Below, in pieces: positions 23,401-41,400 of a DNA stretch of 64,000 nt. This DNA comes from Heterodontus francisci. Lineage: Eukaryota. Location: NCBI RefSeq assembly GCF_036365525.1, contig NC_090378.1:122807593-122871592 (forward strand). The letters are read 5' to 3'. Below the pieces are notes generated by a model that was not told the DNA's origin, searched no databases, and saw only the letters and a list, made by a program, of their open reading frames with translations. Positions within the stretch are counted from its first letter, which is position 1. The number at the start of each line of letters is the position of its first letter. The position numbers and the translations under genes are program-made.

Positions 23401-26400
23401 CACCTCCCGCACTGACACATCCCACAGTTATATATAGTATATAATAATGGACACACAGTCCCACCTCCCGCACTGACACATCCGACAATTATATATAATA
23501 TATAATAATGGACACACAGTCCCACCTCCTCGACTGACACTTTCCACAGTTATATATAATATATAATCAGGGACGCACAGTCCCACCTCCTCGACTGACA
23601 CGTTCCACAGTTATATATAATATATAATAATGGAGACACAGTCCCACCTCCTTGATTTACACGTTCCACAGTTATATATAATATATAGTAATGGACGCAC
23701 AGTCCCACCTCCTCGACTGACACGTTCCACAGTTATATATAATATATAATAATGGACACACAGTCCCACCTCCTGCACTGACACATCCCACAGTTATATA
23801 TAATATATAATAATGGACGCACCGTGCCACCTCCTCGACTGACACGTTCCACAGTTATATATAATATATAATAATGGACAGACAGTCCCACCTACCGCAC
23901 TGACACATCCCACAGTTATATATAATATATAATAATGGACGCACAGTACCACCTCCTCGACTGACACGTTCCACAGTTATATATAATATATAATAATGGA
24001 CACACAGTCCCACCTCCCGCACTGACACATCCCACAGTTATATATAATATATAATAATGGAAACACAGTCCCACCTCCCGCACTGAAACATCCCACAGTT
24101 ATATATAATATATAATAATGGACACACTGTCCCACCACCTGCACTGACACATCCCACAGTTATATATAATATATAATAATGGAAACACAGTCCCACCTCC
24201 CATTATGACACATCCCACAGTTATATATAATATATAATAATGGAAACACAGTCCCACCTCCCGCACTGAAACATCCCACAGTTATATATAATATATAATA
24301 ATGGACACACTGTCCCACCACCTGCACTGACACATCCCACAGTTATATATAATATATAATAATGGACACACAGTCCCACCTCCCGCACTGACACATCCCA
24401 CAGTTATATATAGTATATAATAAAAGACACACAGTCCCACCTCCCGCACTGACACATCTCACAGTTATATATAGTATATAATAATGGACACACAGTCCCA
24501 CCTCCCGCACTGACACATCCCACAGTTATATATAGTATATAATAATGGACACACAGTCCCACCTCCCGCACTGACACATCTCACAGTTATATATAGTATA
24601 TAATAATGGACACACAGTCCCACCTCCCGCACTGACACATCCCACAGTTATATATAATATATAATAATGGACACACAGACCCACCTCCAGTCCTGACAAA
24701 TCCCACAGTTATATATAATATATAATAATGGATACACAGTCCCACCTCCCGCACTGACATCCCACAGTTATATATAATATATAATAATGGACGCACAGTC
24801 CCACCTACCCGACTGACATGTTCCACATTTATATATAATATATAATAATGGACTCACAGTCCCACCTCCAGTCCTGACAAATCCCACAGTTATATATAAT
24901 ATATAATAATGGATACACAGTCCCACCTCCCGCACTGACACATCCCACAGTTATAGATAATATATAATAATGGACACACAGTCCCACCTCCCGCACTGAC
25001 ACATCCCACAGTTATATATAATATATAATAATGGACACACAGTCCCACCTCCTTTACTGACACATCCCACAGTTGTATATAATTTATGATAATGGACACA
25101 CAGTCCCACATCCTGTACTGACACATCCCACAGTTATATATAATATATAATAATGGACACACAGTCCCACCTCCTGCACTGACACATCCCACAGTTATAT
25201 ATAATTTATAATAATGGACACACAGTCCCACCTCCTGTACTGACACATCCCACAGTTATATATAATATATAATAATGGACACACAGTCCCACCTCCTGTA
25301 CTGACACATCCCACAGTTAAATATAATATATAATAATGGACACACAGTCCCACCTCCTCGACTGACACGTTCCACAGTTATATATAATATATAATAATGG
25401 ACACACAGTCCCACCTCCTGTACTGACACACCCCACAGTTATATATAATATATAATAATGGACACACAGTCCCACCTCCTGTACTGACACATCCCACAGT
25501 TAAATATAATATATAATAATGGACACACAGTCCCACCTCCTCGACTGACACGTTCCACAGTTATATATAATATATAATAATGGACACACAGTCCCACCTC
25601 CCGCACTGACACATCCCACAGTTATATATAATATATAATAATGGATGCACAGTCCCACCTCCTCGACTGACACGTTCCACAGTTATATATAATATATAAT
25701 AATGGACACACAGTCCCACCTCCCGCACTGACACATCCCACAGTTATATATAATATATAATAATGGACACACAGTCCCACCTCCCGCACTGACACATCCC
25801 ACAGTTATATATAATATATAATAATGGACACACAGTCCCACCTCCTGTACTGACACATCCCACAGTTAAATATAATATATAATAATGGACACACAGTCCC
25901 ACCTCCTCGACTGACACGTTCCACAGTTATATATAATATATAATAATGGACACACAGTCCCACCTCCCGCACTGACACATCCCACAGTTATATATAATAT
26001 ATAATAATGGATGCACAGTCCCACCTCCTCGACTGACACGTTCCACAGTTATATATAATATATAATTAGGGACGCACAGTCCCACCTCCTCGACTGACAC
26101 GTTCCACAGTTATATATAATATATAATTAGGGACGCACAGTCCCACCTCCTCGACTAACACGTTCCACAGTTATATATAATATATAATAAGGGACGCACA
26201 GTCCCACCTCCTCGACTGACACGTTCCACTGTTATATATAATATATAATATGGGACGCACAGTCCCACCTCCCGCACTGACACATCCCACAGTTATAGAT
26301 AATATATAATAAGGGACGCACAGTCCCACCTCCTCGACTGACACGTTCCACTGTTATATATAATATATAATAATGGATGCACAGTCCCACCTCCCGCACT

Positions 26401-29400
26401 GACACATCCCACAGTTATAGATAATGTATAATAATGGACACACAGTCCCACCTCCTGTACTGACACATCCCACAGTTATATATAATGTATAATAATGGAC
26501 ACACAGTCCCACCTCCTGTACTGACACATCCCACAGTTATATATAATATATAATAATGGACACACAGTCCCACCTCCTGTACTGACACGTCCCACAGTTA
26601 TATATAATATATAATAATGGACACACAGTCCCACCTCCTGTACTGACACATCCCACAGTTATATATAATGTATAATAATGGATACACAGTCCCAAGCCCT
26701 GCACTGACACGTCCCACAGTTATATATAATATATCATAATGAACACACAGTCCCACCTCCTGTACTGACACATCCCACAGTTATATATAATATATAATAA
26801 TGGACACACAGTCCCACCTCCCGCACTGACACATCCCACAGTTATATATAATATATAATAATGGAGACACAGTCCCACCTCCTGTACTGACACATCCCAC
26901 AGTTATATATAATATATAATAATGGATACACAGTCCCACCTCCTGTACTGACACATCCCACAGTTATATATAATATATAATAATGGACACACAGTCCCAC
27001 CTCCTGTACTGACACATCCCACAGTTATATATAATATATAATAATGGACACACAGTCCCACCTCCTGTACTGACACATCCCACAGTTATATATGATATAT
27101 AATAATGGATACACAGTCCCAACCCCTGCACTGACACGTCCCACAGTTATATATAATATATAATAATGGACACACAGTCCCACCTCCTGTACTGACACAT
27201 CCCACAGTTATATATAATATATAATAATGGATACACAGTCCCAAGCCCTGCACTGACACGTCCCACAGTTATATATAATATATCATAATGAATACACAGT
27301 CCCACCTCCTGTACTGACACATCCCACAGTTATATATAATATATAATAATGGACACACAGTCCCACCTCCCGCACTGACACATCCCAAAGTTATATATAA
27401 TATATAATAATGGACACACAGTCCCACCTCCTGTACTGACGCATCCCACAGTTATATATAATATATAATAATGGAGACACAGTCCCACCTCCTGTACTGA
27501 CGCATCCCACAGTTATATATAATATATAATAATGGACACAGAGCCCCACCTCCTGTCCTGACAGATCCCACTGTTATCTAGAATATATAATAATGGGCTC
27601 ACAGTCCCACGTCCTGTACTGACACATCCCACAGTTATATATAAGACATAATATTGGACACACAGTCCCACCTCCTGTACTGACACATCCGACAGTTATC
27701 TAGAATATATAATAATGGACACACAGTCCCACCTCCCGCACTGACACATCCGACAGTTATATATAATATATAATAATGGACACACAGTCCCACCTCCTGC
27801 ACTGACACATCCCACATTTATATATGATATATAATAATGGACACACAGTCCCACCTCCCGCACTGACACATCCCACAGTTATATATAATATATAATAATG
27901 GACGCACAGTCCCACCTCCTCGACTGACACGTTCCACAGTTATATATAATATATAATAATGGACACACAGTCCCACCTCCTGTACTGACACATTCCACAG
28001 TTATATATAACATATAATAATGGACACACAGTCCCACCTCCCGCACTGACACATCCCACAGTTATATATAATATATAATAATGGACACACAGTCCCACCT
28101 CCTCGACTGACACTTTCCACAGTTATATATAATATATAATAAGGGACGCACAGTCCCACCTCCTCGACTGACACGTTCCACAGTTATATATAATATATAA
28201 TAATGGAGACAGTCCCACCTCCTTGATTTACACCTTCCACAGTTATATATAATATATAGTAATGGACACACAGTCCCACCTCCCGCACTGACACATCCCA
28301 CAGTTATATATAATATATAATAATGGACACACAGTCCCACCTCCTCGACTGACACGTTCCACAGTTATATATAATATATAATAATGGACAGACAGTCCCA
28401 CCTCCCGCACTGACACATCCCACAGTTACATATAATATATAATAATGGACGCACAGTACCACCTCCTCGACTGACACGTTCCACAGTTATATATAATATA
28501 TAATAATGGACGCACAGTCCCACCTCCTCGACTGACACGTTCCACAGTTATATATAATATATAATATTGGAAACACAGTCCCACCTCCCATTATGACACA
28601 TCCGACAGTTATATATAATATATAATATTGGACACACAGCCCCACCTCCTGTCCTGACAGATCCCACTGTTATCTAGAATATATAATAATGGGCTCACAG
28701 TCCCAAGTCCTGTACTGACACATCCCACAGTTATATATAATATATGTTCATGGACACACAGTCCCACCTCCCGCACTGACACATCCCACAGTTATATATA
28801 AGACATAATATTGGACACACAGTCCCACCTCCTGTACTGACACATCCGACAGTTATCCAGAATATATAATAATGGACACACAGTCCCACCTCCCGCACTG
28901 ACACATCCGACAGTTATATATAATATATAATAATGGACACACAGTCCCACCTCCTGCACTGACACATCCCACAGTTATATATAATATATAATAATGGACA
29001 CACAGTCCCACCTCCTGTACTGACACATCCCACATTTATATATGATATATAATAATGGACACACAGTCCCACCTCCTGTACTGACACATCCGACAGTTAT
29101 CTAGAATATATAATAATGGACACACAGTCCCACCTCCCGCACTGACACATCCCACAGTTATATATAATATATAATAATGGACACACAGTCCCACCTCCTC
29201 GACTGACACTTTCCACAGTTATATATAATATATAATAAGGGACGCACAGTCCCACCTCCTCGACTGACACGTTCCACAGTTATATATAATATATAATAAT
29301 GGAGACAGTCCCACCTCCTTGATTTACACGTTCCACAGTTATATATAATATATAGTAATGGACACACAGTCCCACCTCCCGCACTGATACATCCCACAGT

Positions 29401-32400
29401 TATATATAATATCTAATAATGGACGCACAGTCCCACCTCCTCGACTGACACGTTCCACAGATATATATAATATATAATATTGGAAACACAGTCCCACCTC
29501 CCATTATGACACATCCGACAGTTATATATAATATATAATATTGGACACACAGCCCCACCTCCTGTCCTGACAGATCCCACTGTTATCTAGAATATATAAT
29601 AATGGGCTCACAGTCCCAAGTCCTGTACTGACACATCCCACAGTTATATATAATATATGTTCATGGACACACAGTCCCACCTCCCGCACTGACACATCCC
29701 ACAGTTATATATAAGACATAATATTGGACACACAGTCCCACCTCCTGTACTGACACATCCGACAGTTATCCAGAATATATAATAATGGACACACAGTCCC
29801 ACCTCCCGCACTGACACATCCGACAGTTATATATAATATATAATAATGGACACACAGTCCCACCTCCTGCACTGACACATCCCACAGTTATATATAATAT
29901 ATAATAATGGACACACAGTCCCACCTCCTGTACTGACACATCCCACATTTATATATGATATATAATAATGGACACACAGTCCCACCTCCTGTACTGACAC
30001 ATCCGACAGTTATCTAGAATATATAATAATGGACACACAGTCCCACCTCCCGCACTGACACATCCGACAGTTATATATAATATATAATAATGGACACACA
30101 GTCCCACCTCCTGTACTGACACATCCCACAGTTATATATAATATATAATAATGGACACACAGTCCCACCTCCCGCACTGACACATCCCACAGTTATATAT
30201 AATATATCATAATGGACACACAGTCCCACCTCCTCGACTGACACTTTCCACAGTTATATATAATATATAGTAATGGACGCATAGTCCCACCTCCCACACT
30301 GACACGTTCCGCAGTTATATATAATATATAATAATGGACACACAGTCCCACCTCCCGCACTGACACATCCCACAGTTATATATAATATATAATATTGGAC
30401 ACACAGTCCCACCTCCTGCACTGACACATCCCACAATTATATATTATATATAATAATGGACTCACAGTCCCACCTCCTCTACTGACACAACCCACAGTTA
30501 TACATAATATATAATATTGGACACACAGTCCCACCTCCTGCACTGACACATCCCACAGTTATATATAATATATAATATTGGACACACAGTCCCACCTCCT
30601 GCACTGACACATCCCACAATTATATATTATATATAATAATGGACTCACAGTCCCACCTCCTCTACTGACACAACCCACAGTTATATATAATATATAATAA
30701 TGGACACACAGTCCCACCTCCCGCACTGACACATCCCACAGTTATATATAATAGATAATAATGGACACACAGTCCCACCTCCTGCACTGAAACATCCCAC
30801 ATTTATATATTATATATAATAATGGACACAAAATCCCACCTCCCGCTCTGACACATCCCACAGTTATATATAATATATAATAATCGACATACAGTCCCAC
30901 CTCCTGTACTGACACATCCCACAGTTGTATATAATATATTATAATCGACACACAGTCCCACCTCCCGCACTGACCCATCCCACAGTTATATATAATATAT
31001 AATAATGGACACACAGTCCCACCTCCTGTCCTGACACATCCCTCAGTTATATATAATATATAATAATGGACACACAGGCCACCTCCTGTACTGACACATC
31101 CCACAGTTATATTTAATATATAATAATGGACACACAGTCCCACCTCCTGTACTGACACATCCCACAGTTATATCTAATATATAATAATGGACACACAGTC
31201 CCACCTCCTGGACTGACACGTCCCACAGTTATATATAAGACATAATATTGGACACACAGTCCCACCTCCTGTACTGACACATCCCACAGTTATATATAAT
31301 ATATAATAATGGACACACAGTCCCACCTCCCGCACTGACACATCCCACAGTTATATATAATATATAATAATGGACACACAGTCCCACCTCCTCGACTGAC
31401 ACTTTCCACAGTTATATATAATATATAATAATGGACGCATAGTCCCACCTCCCACACTGACACGTTCCACAGTTATATATAATATATAATAATGGACACA
31501 CAGTCCCACCTCCCGCACTGACACATCCCACAGTTATATATAATATATAATATTGGACACACAGTCCCACCTCCTGCACTGACACATCCCACAATTATAT
31601 ATTATATATAATAATGGACACACAGTCCCACCTCCTGCACTGACACATCCCACATTTATATATTATATATAATAATGGACACAAAATCCCACCTCCCGCT
31701 CTGACACATCCCACAGTTATATATAATATATAATAATCGACACACAGTCCCACCTCCTGTCCTGACACATCCCTCAGTTATATATAATATATAATAATGG
31801 ACACACAGTCCCACCTCCCGCACTGACACATCCCACAGTTATATATAATATATAATAATGGACACACAGTCCCACCTCCCGCACTGACACATCCCACAGT
31901 TATATATAATAGATAATAATGGACACACAGTCCCACCTCCTGCACTGACACATCCCACATTTATATATTATATATAATAATGGACACAAAATCCCACCTC
32001 CCGCTCTGACACATCCCACAGTTATATATAATATATAATAATCGACACACAGTCCCACCTCCTGTCCTGACACATCCCTCAGTTATATATAATATATAAT
32101 AATGGACACACAGTCCCACCTCCTGCACTGACACATCCCACAGTTATATATAATATATAATAATGGACACACAGTCCCACCCCCTGTACTGACACATCCC
32201 ACTGTTATCTAGAAAATATAATAATGGGCTCACAGTCCCACGTCCTGTACTGACACATCCCACAGTTATATATAATATATGTTCATGGACACACAGTCCC
32301 ACCTCCCGCACTGACACATCCCACAGTTATATATAATATATAATAATGGACACACAGTCCCACCTCCCGCACTGACACATCCCACAGTTATATATAATAT

Positions 32401-35400
32401 ATAATAATGGACACACAGTCCCACCTCCTGTACTGACACATCCCACAGTTATACTTAATATATAATAATGGACACACAGTCCCACCTCCTGTACTGACAC
32501 ATCCCACAGTTATATCTAATATATAATAATGGACACACAGTCCCACCTCCTGGACTGACACGTCCCACAGTTATATATAAGACATAATATTGGACACACA
32601 GTCCCACCTCCCGCACTGACACATCACACAGTTATATATAATATATAATAATGGACACACAGTCCCACCTCCTGCACTGACACATCCCACATTTATATAT
32701 AATATATAATAATGGACACACAGCCCCACCTCCTGTCCTGACAGATCCCACTGTTATCTAGAATATATAATAATGGGCTCACAGTCCCACGTCCTGTACT
32801 GACACATCCCACAGTTATATATAATATATGTTCATGGACACACAGTCCCACCTCCTGTACTGACACATCCCACAGTTATACTTAATATATAATAATGGAC
32901 ACACAGTCCCACCTCCTGTACTGACACATCCCACAGTTATATATAATATATAATAATGGATACACAGTCCCACCTCCTGTACTGACACGTTCCACAGTTA
33001 TATATAATATATAATAATGGATACACAGTCCCACCTCCTGTACTGACACATCCCACAGTTATATATAATATATAATAATGGACACACAGTCCCACCTCCC
33101 GCACTGACACATCCCACAGTTATATATAATATATAATAATGGACACACAGTCCCACCTCCCGCACTGACACATCCCACAGTTATACATAATATATAATAT
33201 TGGACACACAGTCCCACCTCCTGCACTGACACATCCCACAGTTATATATAATATATAATATTGGACACACAGTCCCACCTCCTGCACTGACACATCCCAC
33301 AATTATATATTATATATAATAATGGACTCACAGTCCCACCTCCTCTACTGACACAACCCACAGTTATATATAATATATAATAATGGACACACAGTCCCAC
33401 CTCCCGCACTGACACATCCCACAGTTATATATAATAGATAATAATGGACACACAGTCCCACCTCCTGCACTGAAACATCCCACATTTATATATTATATAT
33501 AATAATGGACACAAAATCCCACCTCCCGCTCTGACACATCCCACAGTTATATATAATATATAATAATCGACATACAGTCCCACCTCCTGTACTGACACAT
33601 CCCACAGTTGTATATAATATATTATAATCGACACACAGTCCCACCTCCCGCACTGACCCATCCCACAGTTATATATAATATATAATAATGGACACACAGT
33701 CCCACCTCCTGTCCTGACACATCCCTCAGTTATATATAATATATAATAATGGACACACAGTCCCACCTCCTGTACTGACACATCCCACAGTTATATTTAA
33801 TATATAATAATGGACACACAGTCCCACCTCCTGTACTGACACATCCCACAGTTATATCTAATATATAATAATGGACACACAGTCCCACCTCCTGGACTGA
33901 CACGTCCCACAGTTATATATAAGACATAATATTGGACACACAGTCCCACCTCCTGTACTGACACATCCCACAGTTATATATAATATATAATAATGGACAC
34001 ACAGTCCCACCTCCCGCACTGACACATCCCACAGTTATATATAATATCTAATAATGGACGCACAGTCCCACCTCCTCGACTGACACGTTCCACAGATATA
34101 TATAATATATAATATTGGAAACACAGTCCCACCTCCCATTATGACACATCCGACAGTTATATATAATATATAATATTGGACACACAGCCCCACCTCCTGT
34201 CCTGACAGATCCCACTGTTATCTAGAATATATAATAATGGGCTCACAGTCCCAAGTCCTGTACTGACACATCCCACAGTTATATATAATATATGTTCATG
34301 GACACACAGTCCCACCTCCCGCACTGACACATCCCACAGTTATATATAAGACATAATATTGGACACACAGTCCCACCTCCTGTACTGACACATCCGACAG
34401 TTATCCAGAATATATAATAATGGACACACAGTCCCACCTCCCGCACTGACACATCCGACAGTTATATATAATATATAATAATGGACACACAGTCCCACCT
34501 CCTGCACTGACACATCCCACAGTTATATATAATATATAATAATGGACACACAGTCCCACCTCCTGTACTGACACATCCCACATTTATATATGATATATAA
34601 TAATGGACACACAGTCCCACCTCCTGTACTGACACATCCGACAGTTATCTAGAATATATAATAATGGACACACAGTCCCACCTCCCGCACTGACACATCC
34701 CACAGTTATATATAATATATAATAATGGACACACAGTCCCACCTCCTCGACTGACACTTTCCACAGTTATATATAATATATAATAAGGGACGCACAGTCC
34801 CACCTCCTCGACTGACACGTTCCACAGTTATATATAATATATAATAATGGAGACAGTCCCACCTCCTTGATTTACACGTTCCACAGTTATATATAATATA
34901 TAGTAATGGACACACAGTCCCACCTCCCGCACTGATACATCCCACAGTTATATATAATATCTAATAATGGACGCACAGTCCCACCTCCTCGACTGACACG
35001 TTCCACAGATATATATAATATATAATATTGGAAACACAGTCCCACCTCCCATTATGACACATCCGACAGTTATATATAATATATAATATTGGACACACAG
35101 CCCCACCTCCTGTCCTGACAGATCCCACTGTTATCTAGAATATATAATAATGGGCTCACAGTCCCAAGTCCTGTACTGACACATCCCACAGTTATATATA
35201 ATATATGTTCATGGACACACAGTCCCACCTCCCGCACTGACACATCCCACAGTTATATATAAGACATAATATTGGACACACAGTCCCACCTCCTGTACTG
35301 ACACATCCGACAGTTATCCAGAATATATAATAATGGACACACAGTCCCACCTCCCGCACTGACACATCCGACAGTTATATATAATATATAATAATGGACA

Positions 35401-38400
35401 CACAGTCCCACCTCCTGCACTGACACATCCCACAGTTATATATAATATATAATAATGGACACACAGTCCCACCTCCTGTACTGACACATCCCACATTTAT
35501 ATATGATATATAATAATGGACACACAGTCCCACCTCCTGTACTGACACATCCGACAGTTATCTAGAATATATAATAATGGACACACAGTCCCACCTCCCG
35601 CACTGACACATCCGACAGTTATATATAATATATAATAATGGACACACAGTCCCACCTCCTGTACTGACACATCCCACAGTTATATATAATATATAATAAT
35701 GGACACACAGTCCCACCTCCCGCACTGACACATCCCACAGTTATATATAATATATCATAATGGACACACAGTCCCACCTCCTCGACTGACACTTTCCACA
35801 GTTATATATAATATATAGTAATGGACGCATAGTCCCACCTCCCACACTGACACGTTCCGCAGTTATATATAATATATAATAATGGACACACAGTCCCACC
35901 TCCCGCACTGACACATCCCACAGTTATATATAATATATAATATTGGACACACAGTCCCACCTCCTGCACTGACACATCCCACAATTATATATTATATATA
36001 ATAATGGACTCACAGTCCCACCTCCTCTACTGACACAACCCACAGTTATACATAATATATAATATTGGACACACAGTCCCACCTCCTGCACTGACACATC
36101 CCACAGTTATATATAATATATAATATTGGACACACAGTCCCACCTCCTGCACTGACACATCCCACAATTATATATTATATATAATAATGGACTCACAGTC
36201 CCACCTCCTCTACTGACACAACCCACAGTTATATATAATATATAATAATGGACACACAGTCCCACCTCCCGCACTGACACATCCCACAGTTATATATAAT
36301 AGATAATAATGGACACACAGTCCCACCTCCTGCACTGAAACATCCCACATTTATATATTATATATAATAATGGACACAAAATCCCACCTCCCGCTCTGAC
36401 ACATCCCACAGTTATATATAATATATAATAATCGACATACAGTCCCACCTCCTGTACTGACACATCCCACAGTTGTATATAATATATTATAATCGACACA
36501 CAGTCCCACCTCCCGCACTGACCCATCCCACAGTTATATATAATATATAATAATGGACACACAGTCCCACCTCCTGTCCTGACACATCCCTCAGTTATAT
36601 ATAATATATAATAATGGACACACAGTCCCACCTCCTGTACTGACACATCCCACAGTTATATTTAATATATAATAATGGACACACAGTCCCACCTCCTGTA
36701 CTGACACATCCCACAGTTATATCTAATATATAATAATGGACACACAGTCCCACCTCCTGGACTGACACGTCCCACAGTTATATATAAGACATAATATTGG
36801 ACACACAGTCCCACCTCCTGTACTGACACATCCCACAGTTATATATAATATATAATAATGGACACACAGTCCCACCTCCCGCACTGACACATCCCACAGT
36901 TATATATAATATATAATAATGGACACACAGTCCCACCTCCTCGACTGACACTTTCCACAGTTATATATAATATATAATAATGGACGCATAGTCCCACCTC
37001 CCACACTGACACGTTCCACAGTTATATATAATATATAATAATGGACACACAGTCCCACCTCCCGCACTGACACATCCCACAGTTATATATAATATATAAT
37101 ATTGGACACACAGTCCCACCTCCTGCACTGACACATCCCACAATTATATATTATATATAATAATGGACTCACAGTCCCACCTCCTCTACTGACACAACCC
37201 ACAGTTATATATAATATATAATAATGGACACACAGTCCCACCTCCCGCACTGACACATCCCACAGTTATATATAATATATAATAATGGACACACAGTCCC
37301 ACCTCCCGCACTGACACATCCCACAGTTATATATAATAGATAATAATGGACACACAGTCCCACCTCCTGCACTGACACATCCCACATTTATATATTATAT
37401 ATAATAATGGACACAAAATCCCACCTCCCGCTCTGACACATCCCACAGTTATATATAATATATAATAATCGACACACAGTCCCACCTCCTGTCCTGACAC
37501 ATCCCTCAGTTATATATAATATATAATAATGGACACACAGTCCCACCTCCTGCACTGACACATCCCACAGTTATATATAATATATAATAATGGACACACA
37601 GTCCCACCCCCTGTACTGACACATCCCACTGTTATCTAGAAAATATAATAATGGGCTCACAGTCCCACGTCCTGTACTGACACATCCCACAGTTATATAT
37701 AATATATGTTCATGGACACACAGTCCCACCTCCCGCACTGACACATCCCACAGTTATATATAATATATAATAATGGACACACAGTCCCACCTCCTGCACT
37801 GACACATCCCACATTTATATATAATATATAATAATGGACACACAGTCCCACCTCCTGTACTGACACATCCCACAGTTATACTTAATATATAATAATGGAC
37901 GCACAGTCCCACCTCCTCGACTGACACGTTCCACAGTTATATATAATATATAATAATGGACACACAGTCCCACCTCCTGTACTGACACATTCCACAGTTA
38001 TATATAACATATAATAATGGACACACAGTCCCACCTCCCGCACTGACACATCCCACAGTTATATATAATATATAATAATGGACACACAGTCCCACCTCCT
38101 CGACTGACACTTTCCACAGTTATATATAATATATAATAAGGGACGCACAGTCCCACCTCCTCGACTGACACGTTCCACAGTTATATATAATATATAATAA
38201 TGGAGACAGTCCCACCTCCTTGATTTACACCTTCCACAGTTATATATAATATATAGTAATGGACACACAGTCCCACCTCCCGCACTGACACATCCCACAG
38301 TTATATATAATATATAATAATGGACACACAGTCCCACCTCCTCGACTGACACGTTCCACAGTTATATATAATATATAATAATGGACAGACAGTCCCACCT

Positions 38401-41400
38401 CCCGCACTGACACATCCCACAGTTACATATAATATATAATAATGGACGCACAGTACCACCTCCTCGACTGACACGTTCCACAGTTATATATAATATATAA
38501 TAATGGACGCACAGTCCCACCTCCTCGACTGACACGTTCCACAGTTATATATAATATATAATAATGGAGACAGTCCCACCTCCTTGATTTACACGTTCCA
38601 CAGTTATATATAATATATAGTAATGGACACACAGTCCCACCTCCCGCACTGATACATCCCACAGTTATATATAATATCTAATAATGGACGCACAGTCCCA
38701 CCTCCTCGACTGACACGTTCCACAGATATATATAATATATAATATTGGAAACACAGTCCCACCTCCCATTATGACACATCCGACAGTTATATATAATATA
38801 TAATATTGGACACACAGCCCCACCTCCTGTCCTGACAGATCCCACTGTTATCTAGAATATATAATAATGGGCTCACAGTCCCAAGTCCTGTACTGACACA
38901 TCCCACAGTTATATATAATATATGTTCATGGACACACAGTCCCACCTCCCGCACTGACACATCCCACAGTTATATATAAGACATAATATTGGACACACAG
39001 TCCCACCTCCTGTACTGACACATCCGACAGTTATCCAGAATATATAATAATGGACACACAGTCCCACCTCCCGCACTGACACATCCGACAGTTATATATA
39101 ATATATAATAATGGACACACAGTCCCACCTCCTGCACTGACACATCCCACAGTTATATATAATATATAATAATGGACACACAGTCCCACCTCCTGTACTG
39201 ACACATCCCACATTTATATATGATATATAATAATGGACACACAGTCCCACCTCCTGTACTGACACATCCGACAGTTATCTAGAATATATAATAATGGACA
39301 CACAGTCCCACCTCCCGCACTGACACATCCGACAGTTATATATAATATATAATAATGGACACACAGTCCCACCTCCTGTACTGACACATCCCACAGTTAT
39401 ATATAATATATAATAATGGACACACAGTCCCACCTCCCGCACTGACACATCCCACAGTTATATATAATATATCATAATGGACACACAGTCCCACCTCCTC
39501 GACTGACACTTTCCACAGTTATATATAATATATAGTAATGGACGCATAGTCCCACCTCCCACACTGACACGTTCCGCAGTTATATATAATATATAATAAT
39601 GGACACACAGTCCCACCTCCCGCACTGACACATCCCACAGTTATATATAATATATAATATTGGACACACAGTCCCACCTCCTGCACTGACACATCCCACA
39701 ATTATATATTATATATAATAATGGACTCACAGTCCCACCTCCTCTACTGACACAACCCACAGTTATACATAATATATAATATTGGACACACAGTCCCACC
39801 TCCTGCACTGACACATCCCACAGTTATATATAATATATAATATTGGACACACAGTCCCACCTCCTGCACTGACACATCCCACAATTATATATTATATATA
39901 ATAATGGACTCACAGTCCCACCTCCTCTACTGACACAACCCACAGTTATATATAATATATAATAATGGACACACAGTCCCACCTCCCGCACTGACACATC
40001 CCACAGTTATATATAATAGATAATAATGGACACACAGTCCCACCTCCTGCACTGAAACATCCCACATTTATATATTATATATAATAATGGACACAAAATC
40101 CCACCTCCCGCTCTGACACATCCCACAGTTATATATAATATATAATAATCGACATACAGTCCCACCTCCTGTACTGACACATCCCACAGTTGTATATAAT
40201 ATATTATAATCGACACACAGTCCCACCTCCCGCACTGACCCATCCCACAGTTATATATAATATATAATAATGGACACACAGTCCCACCTCCTGTCCTGAC
40301 ACATCCCTCAGTTATATATAATATATAATAATGGACACACAGTCCCACCTCCTGTACTGACACATCCCACAGTTATATTTAATATATAATAATGGACACA
40401 CAGTCCCACCTCCTGTACTGACACATCCCACAGTTATATCTAATATATAATAATGGACACACAGTCCCACCTCCTGGACTGACACGTCCCACAGTTATAT
40501 ATAAGACATAATATTGGACACACAGTCCCACCTCCTGTACTGACACATCCCACAGTTATATATAATATATAATAATGGACACACAGTCCCACCTCCCGCA
40601 CAGACACATCCCACAGTTATATATAATATATAATAATGGACACACAGTCCCACCTCCTCGACTGACACTTTCCACAGTTATATATAATATATAATAATGG
40701 ACGCATAGTCCCACCTCCCACACTGACACGTTCCACAGTTATATATAATATATAATAATGGACACACAGTCCCACCTCCCGCACTGACACATCCCACAGT
40801 TATATATAATATATAATATTGGACACACAGTCCCACCTCCTGCACTGACACATCCCACAATTATATATTATATATAATAATGGACTCACAGTCCCACCTC
40901 CTCTACTGACACAACCCACAGTTATATATAATATATAATAATGGACACACAGTCCCACCTCCCGCACTGACACATCCCACAGTTATATATAATATATAAT
41001 AATGGACACACAGTCCCACCTCCCGCACTGACACATCCCACAGTTATATATAATAGATAATAATGGACACACAGTCCCACCTCCTGCACTGACACATCCC
41101 ACATTTATATATTATATATAATAATGGACACAAAATCCCACCTCCCGCTCTGACACATCCCACAGTTATATATAATATATAATAATCGACACACAGTCCC
41201 ACCTCCTGTCCTGACACATCCCTCAGTTATATATAATATATAATAATGGACACACAGTCCCACCTCCTGCACTGACACATCCCACAGTTATATATAATAT
41301 ATAATAATGGACACACAGTCCCACCCCCTGTACTGACACATCCCACTGTTATCTAGAAAATATAATAATGGGCTCACAGTCCCACGTCCTGTACTGACAC